From NCBI GenBank assembly GCA_041659405.1, contig JBAZYK010000001.1:150001-182000 (forward strand): 32,000 nt of DNA. The letters are read 5' to 3'. The translations under genes and the position numbers were made by a program. Of this stretch, positions 9,634-17,973 are shown one piece after another; the stretch's first letter is position 1, and every line of letters begins with the position of its first letter. The stretch is from Candidatus Altimarinota bacterium (lineage in GTDB: Bacteria; Patescibacteriota; Gracilibacteria; UBA1369). Below the pieces are notes generated by a model that saw nothing but the letters and a program-made list of their open reading frames with translations, had not been told where the DNA came from and made no database searches.

Positions 9634-12129
9634 TTATTTTGTTCTGTAATATTTGCCATCTGCCCCTATCGTTACCGATGCTCCTGGTGTGACTGATTTA
9701 ACTTGTGCAGCATCGAATGCCAATGGGTTACTTTCTGTACCAAGGGCTCCTTTTGCTGCGGCTGTAGGTTTAGCACCCCCCGCCGCCTTTGGCGCTGGTG
9801 GTGGGGTTGGTGGTTTAGTATAAATATCCTTAGCCGTCTTGTTGCTACCCATTTCGGCTTCGGAATAATTGGCCTTCAAGTACTCTTGCATTCTACCTTT
9901 TTCCTCATCGTTTAATTGCATGCCTTTTAATTGATTTTCGACTGCAGTTAAAGTTGCGGCTTTATCGGCAGCATTCTGTCCTTTTGCTGCTGATATTTGA
10001 TCAAGAAGGCCGGCAAGCTTTTGTTGTTTTGCTCCGGCAGCTTGGGCATCCTCAGGTTTGGCAAGTTTTTGCAAAATACCTGCTGCTGAAGCATCTACTG
10101 TTTCGGATTTAATTGCTTTTTCCATTACGGCCTTATCGCCTGGAGAAAGCGTTCCTTGCTTTTGTTCATAAGCGGCGACCAGCTTGTCGGCTTCGGCTTC
10201 GGCGTCCTTTCCGCTTTTACCTTTCATTAATGCCTTTTTAAGTTTTTTACTTGCATCGCTTTGGGCCGTGGTTTTTGCGGCTCCGGCTTTTGATTCATCA
10301 ACGTAACCCAATTTATCGCCTAACAGGTTCATGTCAGTCGGCGTTACATTTCCTTCTTTCAGAGCTGTTAAAAGTGTGTCTTGAGTATGACCCCCCACCA
10401 AAGGAAGTTCATTTCGGTGTGTTTTGAAATATTCATGCAAAGCTTTTTGGTTAGCTTCTCTTACAAAATCGGCTGCTGACACTTTTCTAATATTATTCTT
10501 TAGATCTTTAAGATTGGCTGATGTTCTAACAGCACCTACGGCTTTATCGTTATTGCCATAAGCCGCTGAAAAAGTTTCTCTGGAATGTTCATGTGCTTGT
10601 TGATCAACCAAATTTGGAATGTTTTTTGCGCCCAAAAAGATGTCCATAACGGAAGCTCGTTTTCCACCGGCGTCGATTGGGAACATTGGGGCCATAAGCG
10701 GCAATTTGGCAATGGTTTTACCCATTCCGCCAACAAAGTTCTTAATACCGTCCGTAATGCCGGAAGCTTGTGTATCCTTCATTGCATCGAAGACCGCTTT
10801 CCAAATGAACCCAACACAGGCAACCGCCGTTAAAAGTTGCTGGAAAGTGGAAATACCGGAAGTGAAAAGATTCATTCCCCAGGTGGATTGATTAAGTGCC
10901 CATGTTGGAAATTCACTTTTAGACAAGGCACTCAACATCACCGTACCTATGGCTAAAGATACCGCCACAGGAATTGGCACAATGGCATGTTTGATGAATT
11001 GACCTTTAATGTCATCTCCACCTCCGCCCATCATACTTTTCAATTCACCCGGCAAAACCCACATAAGTACGATCAATGGTGAAAGCACAATCATAATCCA
11101 TAAAACTATCATTCTAACCAAAAGTACTGCAAAAAGTGCAATAAAGGCGGATCCATAAATTATGTAAAGAATCACCGAAAGCAAAACGTTTGCCACCAAA
11201 TTTTTGATATTTGCCTGTTCAGTGTCATTTAATCCATCTGCAATCATACTAATTTTACCAATTTGTTCAAAATTTAACGCAAGAACAACGGCAACGTTTC
11301 TGGAATTGATGCTGTTGAAATAGCCATTAAGATCGGCTAGGTCGGTATTATTCTCACGATCAAATTTTGCCAAGTCTACTTCTTTACCATTAACTATTCC
11401 TTTGACTGTTTGATTCAAACAAACTGCTTTTTTTCCATTGCTGGGAGTAGCCGGTACTGCGTATTTTCCTTGATCATTTGTATACATCGCGCGGCAAAGT
11501 TCATTTTCAATTTGTTCCTGCTGAAGTGTTATTCCTACGGCTTGCGGTAGCGCAAAAATACCGGTTGAAATTACGTTGATACCGTCCAGGACCACTTTTA
11601 CGCCCAAGAAAGTAAAGTTTACCAGAATCAATCCAATAATAAATTTTGGCAGTACGGCTTTAACATGAAAGTCCTGCTGAAAACCGCCAACAACGTTATA
11701 AAGGGCGATTCCAACAAGTATTAAAACAAAAAGGATATTTACAATGTCACGTACCTGCACCCAAACTTTTAGCAGGGTTTGCTCCATGCCGGATCCAAAC
11801 AGAATGTCATTCTGCAGCAAATTGCCAATCAGTAATAAAAATGGCCAAAGCAGACTTCTCATCACTCGCAGAATTGGGGTGATGGCATTTAATAATTTTT
11901 GGCCATCATCTTGGCTTGGGGTGGCGCCTTGTGCATGCGCCAAGTTGATGTTTGGCAGCAAAACGCCGGCGACAATCAAAACAAGTCCAAACGCAAGAAT
12001 GGATTTGCGGTGCGCGCGCCAGAATGCGAGCATGGTTCGCCAGAGTTTGGCGGACTTGCTTTGCACTTTGTGCGTGGTGGCAAAAAGGCGGCGGACCAGA
12101 TTTTTTTTGATTTTCAGCAATGTAAACAT
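9634..12129 (-). CDS. Multi-spanning membrane protein resembling TrbL/VirB6 (type IV secretion inner-membrane component), with long hydrophilic C-terminus
   Basis: 831 aa; signal-like segment ending NLAHAQG, then many TM segments (e.g. LLWPFLLLIGNLLQ, IVNILFVLILVGIALYNVV, FIALFAVLLVRMIVLWIMIVLSPLIVLMWVLPG) in a VirB6/TrbL-like arrangement; Lys/Ala-rich tail. Confidence 0.75.
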   Translation of the reverse strand: MFTLLKIKKNLVRRLFATTHKVQSKSAKLWRTMLAFWRAHRKSILAFGLVLIVAGVLLPNINLAHAQGATPSQDDGQKLLNAITPILRVMRSLLWPFLLLIGNLLQNDILFGSGMEQTLLKVWVQVRDIVNILFVLILVGIALYNVVGGFQQDFHVKAVLPKFIIGLILVNFTFLGVKVVLDGINVISTGIFALPQAVGITLQQEQIENELCRAMYTNDQGKYAVPATPSNGKKAVCLNQTVKGIVNGKEVDLAKFDRENNTDLADLNGYFNSINSRNVAVVLALNFEQIGKISMIADGLNDTEQANIKNLVANVLLSVILYIIYGSAFIALFAVLLVRMIVLWIMIVLSPLIVLMWVLPGELKSMMGGGGDDIKGQFIKHAIVPIPVAVSLAIGTVMLSALSKSEFPTWALNQSTWGMNLFTSGISTFQQLLTAVACVGFIWKAVFDAMKDTQASGITDGIKNFVGGMGKTIAKLPLMAPMFPIDAGGKRASVMDIFLGAKNIPNLVDQQAHEHSRETFSAAYGNNDKAVGAVRTSANLKDLKNNIRKVSAADFVREANQKALHEYFKTHRNELPLVGGHTQDTLLTALKEGNVTPTDMNLLGDKLGYVDESKAGAAKTTAQSDASKKLKKALMKGKSGKDAEAEADKLVAAYEQKQGTLSPGDKAVMEKAIKSETVDASAAGILQKLAKPEDAQAAGAKQQKLAGLLDQISAAKGQNAADKAATLTAVENQLKGMQLNDEEKGRMQEYLKANYSEAEMGSNKTAKDIYTKPPTPPPAPKAAGGAKPTAAAKGALGTESNPLAFDAAQVKSVTPGASVTIGADGKYYRTK

Positions 12130-12153
12130 TTTTGTTTTATTAAATATTTATTT

Positions 12154-13761
12154 TTATAAATTGATGGCGGTAAACCACGATGGAAGCAGAACCGCTGCGA
12201 AACCACTTGTTATGACCGCCCCTGCCACCACTTTTCCACCATGTTTTTGGAAAAAACTTTTTGCAGCTTGCTGCACCGGTGGCTTGTACCCTGTTGGGGC
12301 CGGCGGTTGTGCTGCTGTTACTTGTGGTTTGGCTTCTACAGGTGCGGGTGTTGCTTTTGCAGGTTTTGCATTTGGAATATAGGAAGGTTTTTTATTTTCC
12401 ATCATCTTTTTCAAATCAAAAGGGCTTTTTTGCGCCGGTATATTCGAAATTGGCCTTGTTTGCGCTCCCTGCGTTGGTGCCGACTGGCGGTTTACCATGG
12501 TTGGCTGCTGGCCAGAGGCATTTGGCATTGATTGATAAACAGGACTTGGGGCCGGTTCTTTTTTTGCCGGAGGTTCCGGTTTTTCGGCTTCTGAAGACTT
12601 TTGGCCTTGGGTAGCCATAGGAGCAACTTCTTGCCCGGTTGCTTTTTGAGGTGGCTGCGCAACTTGTCCTTTTTGTTCAACTTGCGGCTTTGTTTGGCCC
12701 GGCACTGGCTGTCCCTGTGTAATTTGTGGCTGACCAGCTCCACCCAATAATTCCTGAGCAGCCTGCAGAATTTTGGCCGCTTCGCTCTGTTCATTCATTC
12801 TTTGCTGCTCGATTAAATCAAAAACTTCCGCTACCGTACGCAGTTTTCCGGTATCCGGATCTTGTAATAATGCTTTAAATTGATCCGCGGAAATTGTAAA
12901 TTTCTTTTCAGGATTGTTTTCAGGTTCAAATGTATAAAATTTATTTTCAGGATTTTTTGGATCATCTGAAATAGTCAGATGTACATTTGCGTCCCCTTCC
13001 TGAAAGGTTTGCATAGTCACCGCTTCATCCGGAAAGGTGATGTCTGCGGGCATTAGGCCGGCATTTTCCGGAACAATGTTTGCCGTGCCGACACCGGAAG
13101 ATCCCGCGCCAACCGTTGATTCCTGCGAAAAATCGCCCGAACCGTACATAAATCCAGCGCCATAATCGGAAGGTGGGCTAATTAAAGGCACAATTTTTTG
13201 TCCCGGCTGAATTTTGGTAATATCCTGAACCTGATCAAATTTACCTGTGGTCGGATTTTTTGTTACGATAAGCCGTCTTTGCGCCTGTAACTTTATTAAT
13301 TCCGCCTTTTCCGTTTCAGATTTTTGCTCAATAATTTTGGCCATTTCAATTTTCTGGAACTCTCCGGCAATCTTGTAAGCCATTAAATAAAGCATTCTGC
13401 CTGCGGAAGGTGGAAAATGCGGAGTTTTGTCGTCCTGTTTGTAAGTTGGAATCAAAAAATTGCGGCGAGTTGTTTCGTCCGCAGGGGCCTGCGCTATAAT
13501 CGCCTCCTGTAAAAATTTTATAAAATACAATTGATTATCAGGGGCAATAAATGGCTTAATGCTTTGATCATTTTGACCATGTAAAAAATATTCCATCTGG
13601 AATTTTTCGACTTCGGCCGGTCTTGCCTTTGTTCCATCCTTATTCACCCAATGTTCATTTTTTAAAAGTGAGGCATGCTTGCCTTGGCTTATATCCACCA
13701 TGACCCTTTTTAGCAAAGGGACCAGGTACAGGTCGACCAAATTGTGATTAAATTGGTTCAT
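12154..13761 (-). CDS. Hypothetical protein with Pro/Gln/Ala-rich linker and C-terminal hydrophobic segment
   Basis: 535 aa ORF; low-complexity region QPVPGQTKPQVEQKGQVAQPPQ...; C-terminus GGKVVAGAVITSGFAAVLLPSWFTAINL could be a tail anchor; 24-nt spacing to the next gene. Confidence 0.8.
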   Translation of the reverse strand: MNQFNHNLVDLYLVPLLKRVMVDISQGKHASLLKNEHWVNKDGTKARPAEVEKFQMEYFLHGQNDQSIKPFIAPDNQLYFIKFLQEAIIAQAPADETTRRNFLIPTYKQDDKTPHFPPSAGRMLYLMAYKIAGEFQKIEMAKIIEQKSETEKAELIKLQAQRRLIVTKNPTTGKFDQVQDITKIQPGQKIVPLISPPSDYGAGFMYGSGDFSQESTVGAGSSGVGTANIVPENAGLMPADITFPDEAVTMQTFQEGDANVHLTISDDPKNPENKFYTFEPENNPEKKFTISADQFKALLQDPDTGKLRTVAEVFDLIEQQRMNEQSEAAKILQAAQELLGGAGQPQITQGQPVPGQTKPQVEQKGQVAQPPQKATGQEVAPMATQGQKSSEAEKPEPPAKKEPAPSPVYQSMPNASGQQPTMVNRQSAPTQGAQTRPISNIPAQKSPFDLKKMMENKKPSYIPNAKPAKATPAPVEAKPQVTAAQPPAPTGYKPPVQQAAKSFFQKHGGKVVAGAVITSGFAAVLLPSWFTAINL

Positions 13762-13763
13762 AT

Positions 13764-15350
13764 TTATGCGGCTTTAGGTGCGTTCGGATCTTGTTCTACT
13801 ACTTCAATTATTGGCTTTCTGCCTTTCAAACCCTGGCCCTTTTCGATCAGTTCGATTTTGTGGTCAAAAATTGGTTGATTGGAAATTTCCAAAGTTAGAG
13901 AATTTTTTATAAATTCGGTGATTTGTTTTTCGACTTCAATTTCGCCGGCTTTTCCGCTTCCACTAAACTTTTTGGCTGCCTCAAACGATGAAAGTTGTTC
14001 ACGATTTTGTCCGGCTTTTTCTATAAGTTCGGCATAGGTCACCGGCGCGTGATTTTTATTGAGAGCATGATCGTTGTTAAGATCAATAATTGCCTGTGCT
14101 CCGCCATTTTTCAGGTAATTTCCAAAATCAAGATTGTTGGAATATTGCTCGCTTAATTTAATAACTGCCTCTTCCTGTTCAGGATTTTTAGGCTTATCGC
14201 TTTCGGAAAAATATTCAAATAATGGACCTAAACCGGCATACGAAGTCCCAATCTTGCTGCCATATTTTGAAATATAACGACCGGCCAAAACTTCGGCTGC
14301 GGATAGCGCCAAATAAGGATTTTGTAAAATGCGATTGAAATCACCACCACTGGCCAAAAGATTGGTGGCAAACCATAAAACTCCATGTGCCCCCATAACC
14401 ATACCAACAAGTTGGGTCCCACGATTGAAAACATTGTTTGAATATTGCCCCCTAAGTGCTTCAGTAGCTTTTTCTTCATCGGCCTTAAATTTCTCCTGAA
14501 GTCCCGGATATTTTGCCTGCAGGTCTTTTTGAAAATTAACAAGTTGATCAGAGTCGATCAAACCTTTGTTAAAGGCTTCACTAAAAAGCAGTTCACCCTG
14601 GCGAAGTGTAATCTGATTATTTGTTAAAAGTTCATCAATGGCATCGACTGCTTTTGCCTTACTGTCCATCATTTCCCGCACAAAATCCATGCGTTGCTGT
14701 GGATCCATCAATTTGACCAAAATGCGGGCGTTGGTTTGGTTGATTTTGGATTCGTTGGGGCTGGTGCCGTTGGACTTGGCTTTCTCTCCTTCAAGCCACA
14801 TTTCGGCAATTTTTTGATAATCGGAAGGTACCAATTGCTTGTTATCCAAAGCGTCCGGATCCAGCTTTTTCAGGATCTGCTGAAATTGTTTATCTTCTTT
14901 CATTAACGCATTTACATCTTCAAGAATTTTGCTTAATTCAGCGATTTCATTCACTTCAAGTTTCTTTTTGTCTCCGCCTTTTTGAGCTTCAAGATTTATG
15001 ACGATCGTAATTGTATCAATGAAATTATTGGCTTCCGTATCGGCTTCTTCCAGGATTTGATCGTATGGACTAAGTTGTCCCATCAAATTTTGGCGCTGCG
15101 AAATTGAGGCATTTTCCAATCTTTCACGATATTTATCGTAGATTTTTTTAAGAACCTCATCCTTCAGTTTTTTGGGAAGAGTCTCACGCAAAGTAGCCAA
15201 AGCAATTTCATCGGTTTCGCCCTGGGCGGCCCTTTCATCAAAAGCGTCCTGCAGCTTTTTGTTGGCATCCTCATGTTTTTCATTGAGGACTTTGTGTGCA
15301 TCAACTTTCTGCTGTGCCTGTTCGCCTGAATGTTCTTGTCCGATGGCCAT
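13764..15350 (-). CDS. Hypothetical protein, largely alpha-helical
   Basis: 528 aa ORF separated by 2 nt from the following gene; helical/charged composition with one hydrophobic stretch (LVGMVMGAHGVLWFATNLLASG). Confidence 0.8.
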   Translation of the reverse strand: MAIGQEHSGEQAQQKVDAHKVLNEKHEDANKKLQDAFDERAAQGETDEIALATLRETLPKKLKDEVLKKIYDKYRERLENASISQRQNLMGQLSPYDQILEEADTEANNFIDTITIVINLEAQKGGDKKKLEVNEIAELSKILEDVNALMKEDKQFQQILKKLDPDALDNKQLVPSDYQKIAEMWLEGEKAKSNGTSPNESKINQTNARILVKLMDPQQRMDFVREMMDSKAKAVDAIDELLTNNQITLRQGELLFSEAFNKGLIDSDQLVNFQKDLQAKYPGLQEKFKADEEKATEALRGQYSNNVFNRGTQLVGMVMGAHGVLWFATNLLASGGDFNRILQNPYLALSAAEVLAGRYISKYGSKIGTSYAGLGPLFEYFSESDKPKNPEQEEAVIKLSEQYSNNLDFGNYLKNGGAQAIIDLNNDHALNKNHAPVTYAELIEKAGQNREQLSSFEAAKKFSGSGKAGEIEVEKQITEFIKNSLTLEISNQPIFDHKIELIEKGQGLKGRKPIIEVVEQDPNAPKAA

Positions 15351-15466
15351 TTTTTTTGGATTTTTAATTAGTAATTGGTAGTTTTTTGGGATTTTCCTGC
15401 TTGTGATTTGAACTTTGTTTGTTTTGAATTAATGTTTTCATGGAGCCCTAGGCACGCGTGTTGTAT

Positions 15467-16021
15467 TTACAGCCGAAAAAGTCGCAGCAGAATATCAAGA
15501 AAAGCTTCATCTTTGCCTTCCCATTCCGAAATCTGCGAGCATAAAAACTGCCTTAATTGCACGGGATCTTGGTTATTCAGCTGAATGCTTAAATCGGCAT
15601 AGTAGTGCCCTTTATCCACACGAATATTTAAAGTTTTAATAAACGGCGGATTGTAATGGAGCCAAAAAGCTTTGATGTGGCTGAAAGGGTAGGTTTTGTG
15701 CCCAACTTTTACGCCAATTTCAGAAATTTTGATCTCGATTTCCTTGGGTGGATGATAATTTTGAATGTAATAATAAACTGCGCCAAAGGCTATAATTGCC
15801 AAAGCCATGGTCCAGTTTCCTTGTAAAATAGCCACAAAAATGAAAATTGCAGCCACGATGCCGGCAACCAAATACCAGCGCTCGCCCTTTTGGTGCTGCA
15901 GATATTCCGGAGCAATCCAGGCAAAAACGGCGTTATCGTACAAGGTTTCGTCCTGGGATACATCTGACTTGTTGTTAGTTCGGCTTTGTGTTTTTGTCTT
16001 GTTGAAAAGTTTTTTTAGCAT
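15467..16021 (-). CDS. Small membrane protein with two predicted TM segments and a C-terminal soluble domain
   Basis: 184 aa; WYLVAGIVAAIFIFVAILQGNWTMALAIIAFGAVYYYIQ hydrophobic hairpin followed by a beta-rich domain; co-directional, first gene of the cluster. Confidence 0.75.
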   Translation of the reverse strand: MLKKLFNKTKTQSRTNNKSDVSQDETLYDNAVFAWIAPEYLQHQKGERWYLVAGIVAAIFIFVAILQGNWTMALAIIAFGAVYYYIQNYHPPKEIEIKISEIGVKVGHKTYPFSHIKAFWLHYNPPFIKTLNIRVDKGHYYADLSIQLNNQDPVQLRQFLCSQISEWEGKDEAFLDILLRLFRL

Positions 16022-16189
16022 GGGTAGGCTTAAATATTCTTATTATTTTAGCAGAAAATGGCTTTTTTCTCTATGGTAAGGCCAAGTTGCATGCCTACTT
16101 CGAGTTGACTTTTACGGCGACGGTGTTGGGGCGTAGAAATTCAACTCTGCAAAAATGACTGTGTCCATGACTCACCATTACATGAAATG

Positions 16190-16260
16190 TTTCGTCGTGA
16201 AATAAGTAACAATGCCTTGTTCTGTTTCATCGTGGGCGAGCGCAACTTTTCACCACGAAA
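16190..16260. promoter_or_regulatory. Inverted repeat TTTCGTCGTGAAA ... TTTCACCACGAAA with an internal related half-site TTTCATCGTG
   Basis: 12/13 complementary arms at 16190-16202 and 16248-16260; related direct copy at 16226-16235; lies in a large divergent intergenic region. Confidence 0.35.
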
Positions 16261-16275
16261 TTAGCAAAAACTACA

Positions 16276-16366
16276 TGTAATATTACGTAATGTAACATCA
16301 TAAAATGCCAACATCACAATAGTCGTTTTCCCCCTAATACTAGCGCCAAACCAGTGTAATATTACA
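16276..16366. promoter_or_regulatory. Two copies of palindromic site GTAATATTAC
   Basis: TGTAATATTAC at 16276-16286 and perfect 12-nt palindrome TGTAATATTACA at 16355-16366, 79 nt apart (start to start). Confidence 0.35.
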
Positions 16367-16736
16367 ATGCACTTTTCGGCGAATTTCAACATTAAAAATT
16401 CGATTTTTTGATCTGCATTTGCTAGAATTTTGGTGAACATGGATGCGGAAGATTTGTCACAAAAAAATTGTACCCATTGGACGAACAATCTTCACATCCG
16501 TTAACAACATTTTTTTTGATCGGCTTTTCAAGGGAAGTCCCAGCGGAAAAGTCGCAACACGGACTGCGCACAAAAATTCGGTTGAAATTCATTTTGAACT
16601 CAGCTGGATTTCACACCTAGATTCAGGAAAAATCGCAGTTTCCCCCCTTTGATTATTGACGCTCATCACCTGGATGAGCAGTAATGTTTGGCCTTGTTCA
16701 AGCGACATTACGCCTATTCTTTAACCGTTTTTTTTT

Positions 16737-17888
16737 ATGATCGCAGAAAATAAAAATGATAGCGACGACCAAAAAATCACAAGTCTCAACGACCGGGAAT
16801 TATTTTCACTCTGCCAAAAATACGGAGAGCAAGCCAGAATCTGGCGGCAGAAATTTGCGGGTCTATTGCCGGAAGTGCTCAAAAGACGCTTGTACGAGCG
16901 CAAAGGTTTTGAATCAATTTTCGTGTTTGCCAAAAAACTGGCAGGCATGAGCGAAGAACAGGTTCGTCGCGTGCTCAATTTGGAGCAAAAATTTGAAAAT
17001 AAACCGGCATTGAAAAATTTGTTGTTGAATGGCGAAGTCAGCGCAAACAAGCTCGCAAGAATTGCTTCAATCGCAACACCGGAAAATCAGGAATTTTTGG
17101 CAAACCAGAGCAAAATACTTTCGAATCGTGCGCTCGAAACTTTTGTGAAAGATGAAAAATTCGCTCAAGAAACACTAAATCATAACTTGCAAAATTCCAT
17201 AGGTGTAGAAAATCAAAACTCAAGCCAAAACCAATCGCAAATTTTAATTCAAAACGGCGAGCCGGAAAATAAAAAAGGCTCACCTGAAAATGCAAACGGC
17301 TTACAGGAGCCATTATTTGATCACAAATCTGTGCACGTGCACACGCAAACGACAGATCTTTTCGAGGATGTCAAATTGCTCCAAAAATTTTCGCCGGAAC
17401 TCAAAGAAAAACTAAAAGAGCTCGATGAAAAAGGTCTCAACATTAATCAAATCCTGCTTGAACTTTTGCAAAATCGCGACGAAGAAATCGCAATGGAAAA
17501 AGAACAAATTGGCGAAGAAATAGTGAAGGCGCAGCTAATGCAACAACAGGCAATGGATACGAAAAAACAGGCTGCCAGCGCTCAAGAAAAAATCGGTGTT
17601 GAAATCGCCAGCGCTCAGGAAAAATCTAAAAGCGAACTGCCCACAAAAAAGCCGTCCCACTACATCAACGTAAAAATTAAAAATCTGCTCAAAAAAGAAC
17701 ATGGCGATAAATGCTCAATTCCTGGCTGTAACAAGCCGGCTACGACCATTCACCATACGCAAAGATTCACGCTCTCCCATAACAACGATCCTCGCTTTCT
17801 GGCTCCATTTTGCGAACAACATCACGAAATCGCGCATTCGATTGATCAGAAATATCAGCAAAAAAGAGTATTGGCTGTTTCGGCTTAG
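16737..17888 (+). CDS. HNH endonuclease domain protein
   Basis: 383 aa; C-terminal CSIPGCNKPATTIHHTQRFTLSHNNDPRFLAPFCEQHHEIAH matches HNH zinc-finger-type layout (CxxxxC...HH...H...CxxHH). Confidence 0.85.
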   Translation: MIAENKNDSDDQKITSLNDRELFSLCQKYGEQARIWRQKFAGLLPEVLKRRLYERKGFESIFVFAKKLAGMSEEQVRRVLNLEQKFENKPALKNLLLNGEVSANKLARIASIATPENQEFLANQSKILSNRALETFVKDEKFAQETLNHNLQNSIGVENQNSSQNQSQILIQNGEPENKKGSPENANGLQEPLFDHKSVHVHTQTTDLFEDVKLLQKFSPELKEKLKELDEKGLNINQILLELLQNRDEEIAMEKEQIGEEIVKAQLMQQQAMDTKKQAASAQEKIGVEIASAQEKSKSELPTKKPSHYINVKIKNLLKKEHGDKCSIPGCNKPATTIHHTQRFTLSHNNDPRFLAPFCEQHHEIAHSIDQKYQQKRVLAVSA

Positions 17889-17973
17889 GCCGTGGAGTTC
17901 GCTATGCCATCAGCCGTTTTGCGGGCGAACAAGCTACTTGGAAAAGCGCGTGTGAGCGGATCTGCGGTCCCCA

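Noticed and set aside
16261-16652. Small ORFs (75 aa minus, 69 aa plus) in the HNH upstream region
   Set aside because: Short, mutually overlapping and without recognisable motifs; the region is better described as noncoding with palindromes.
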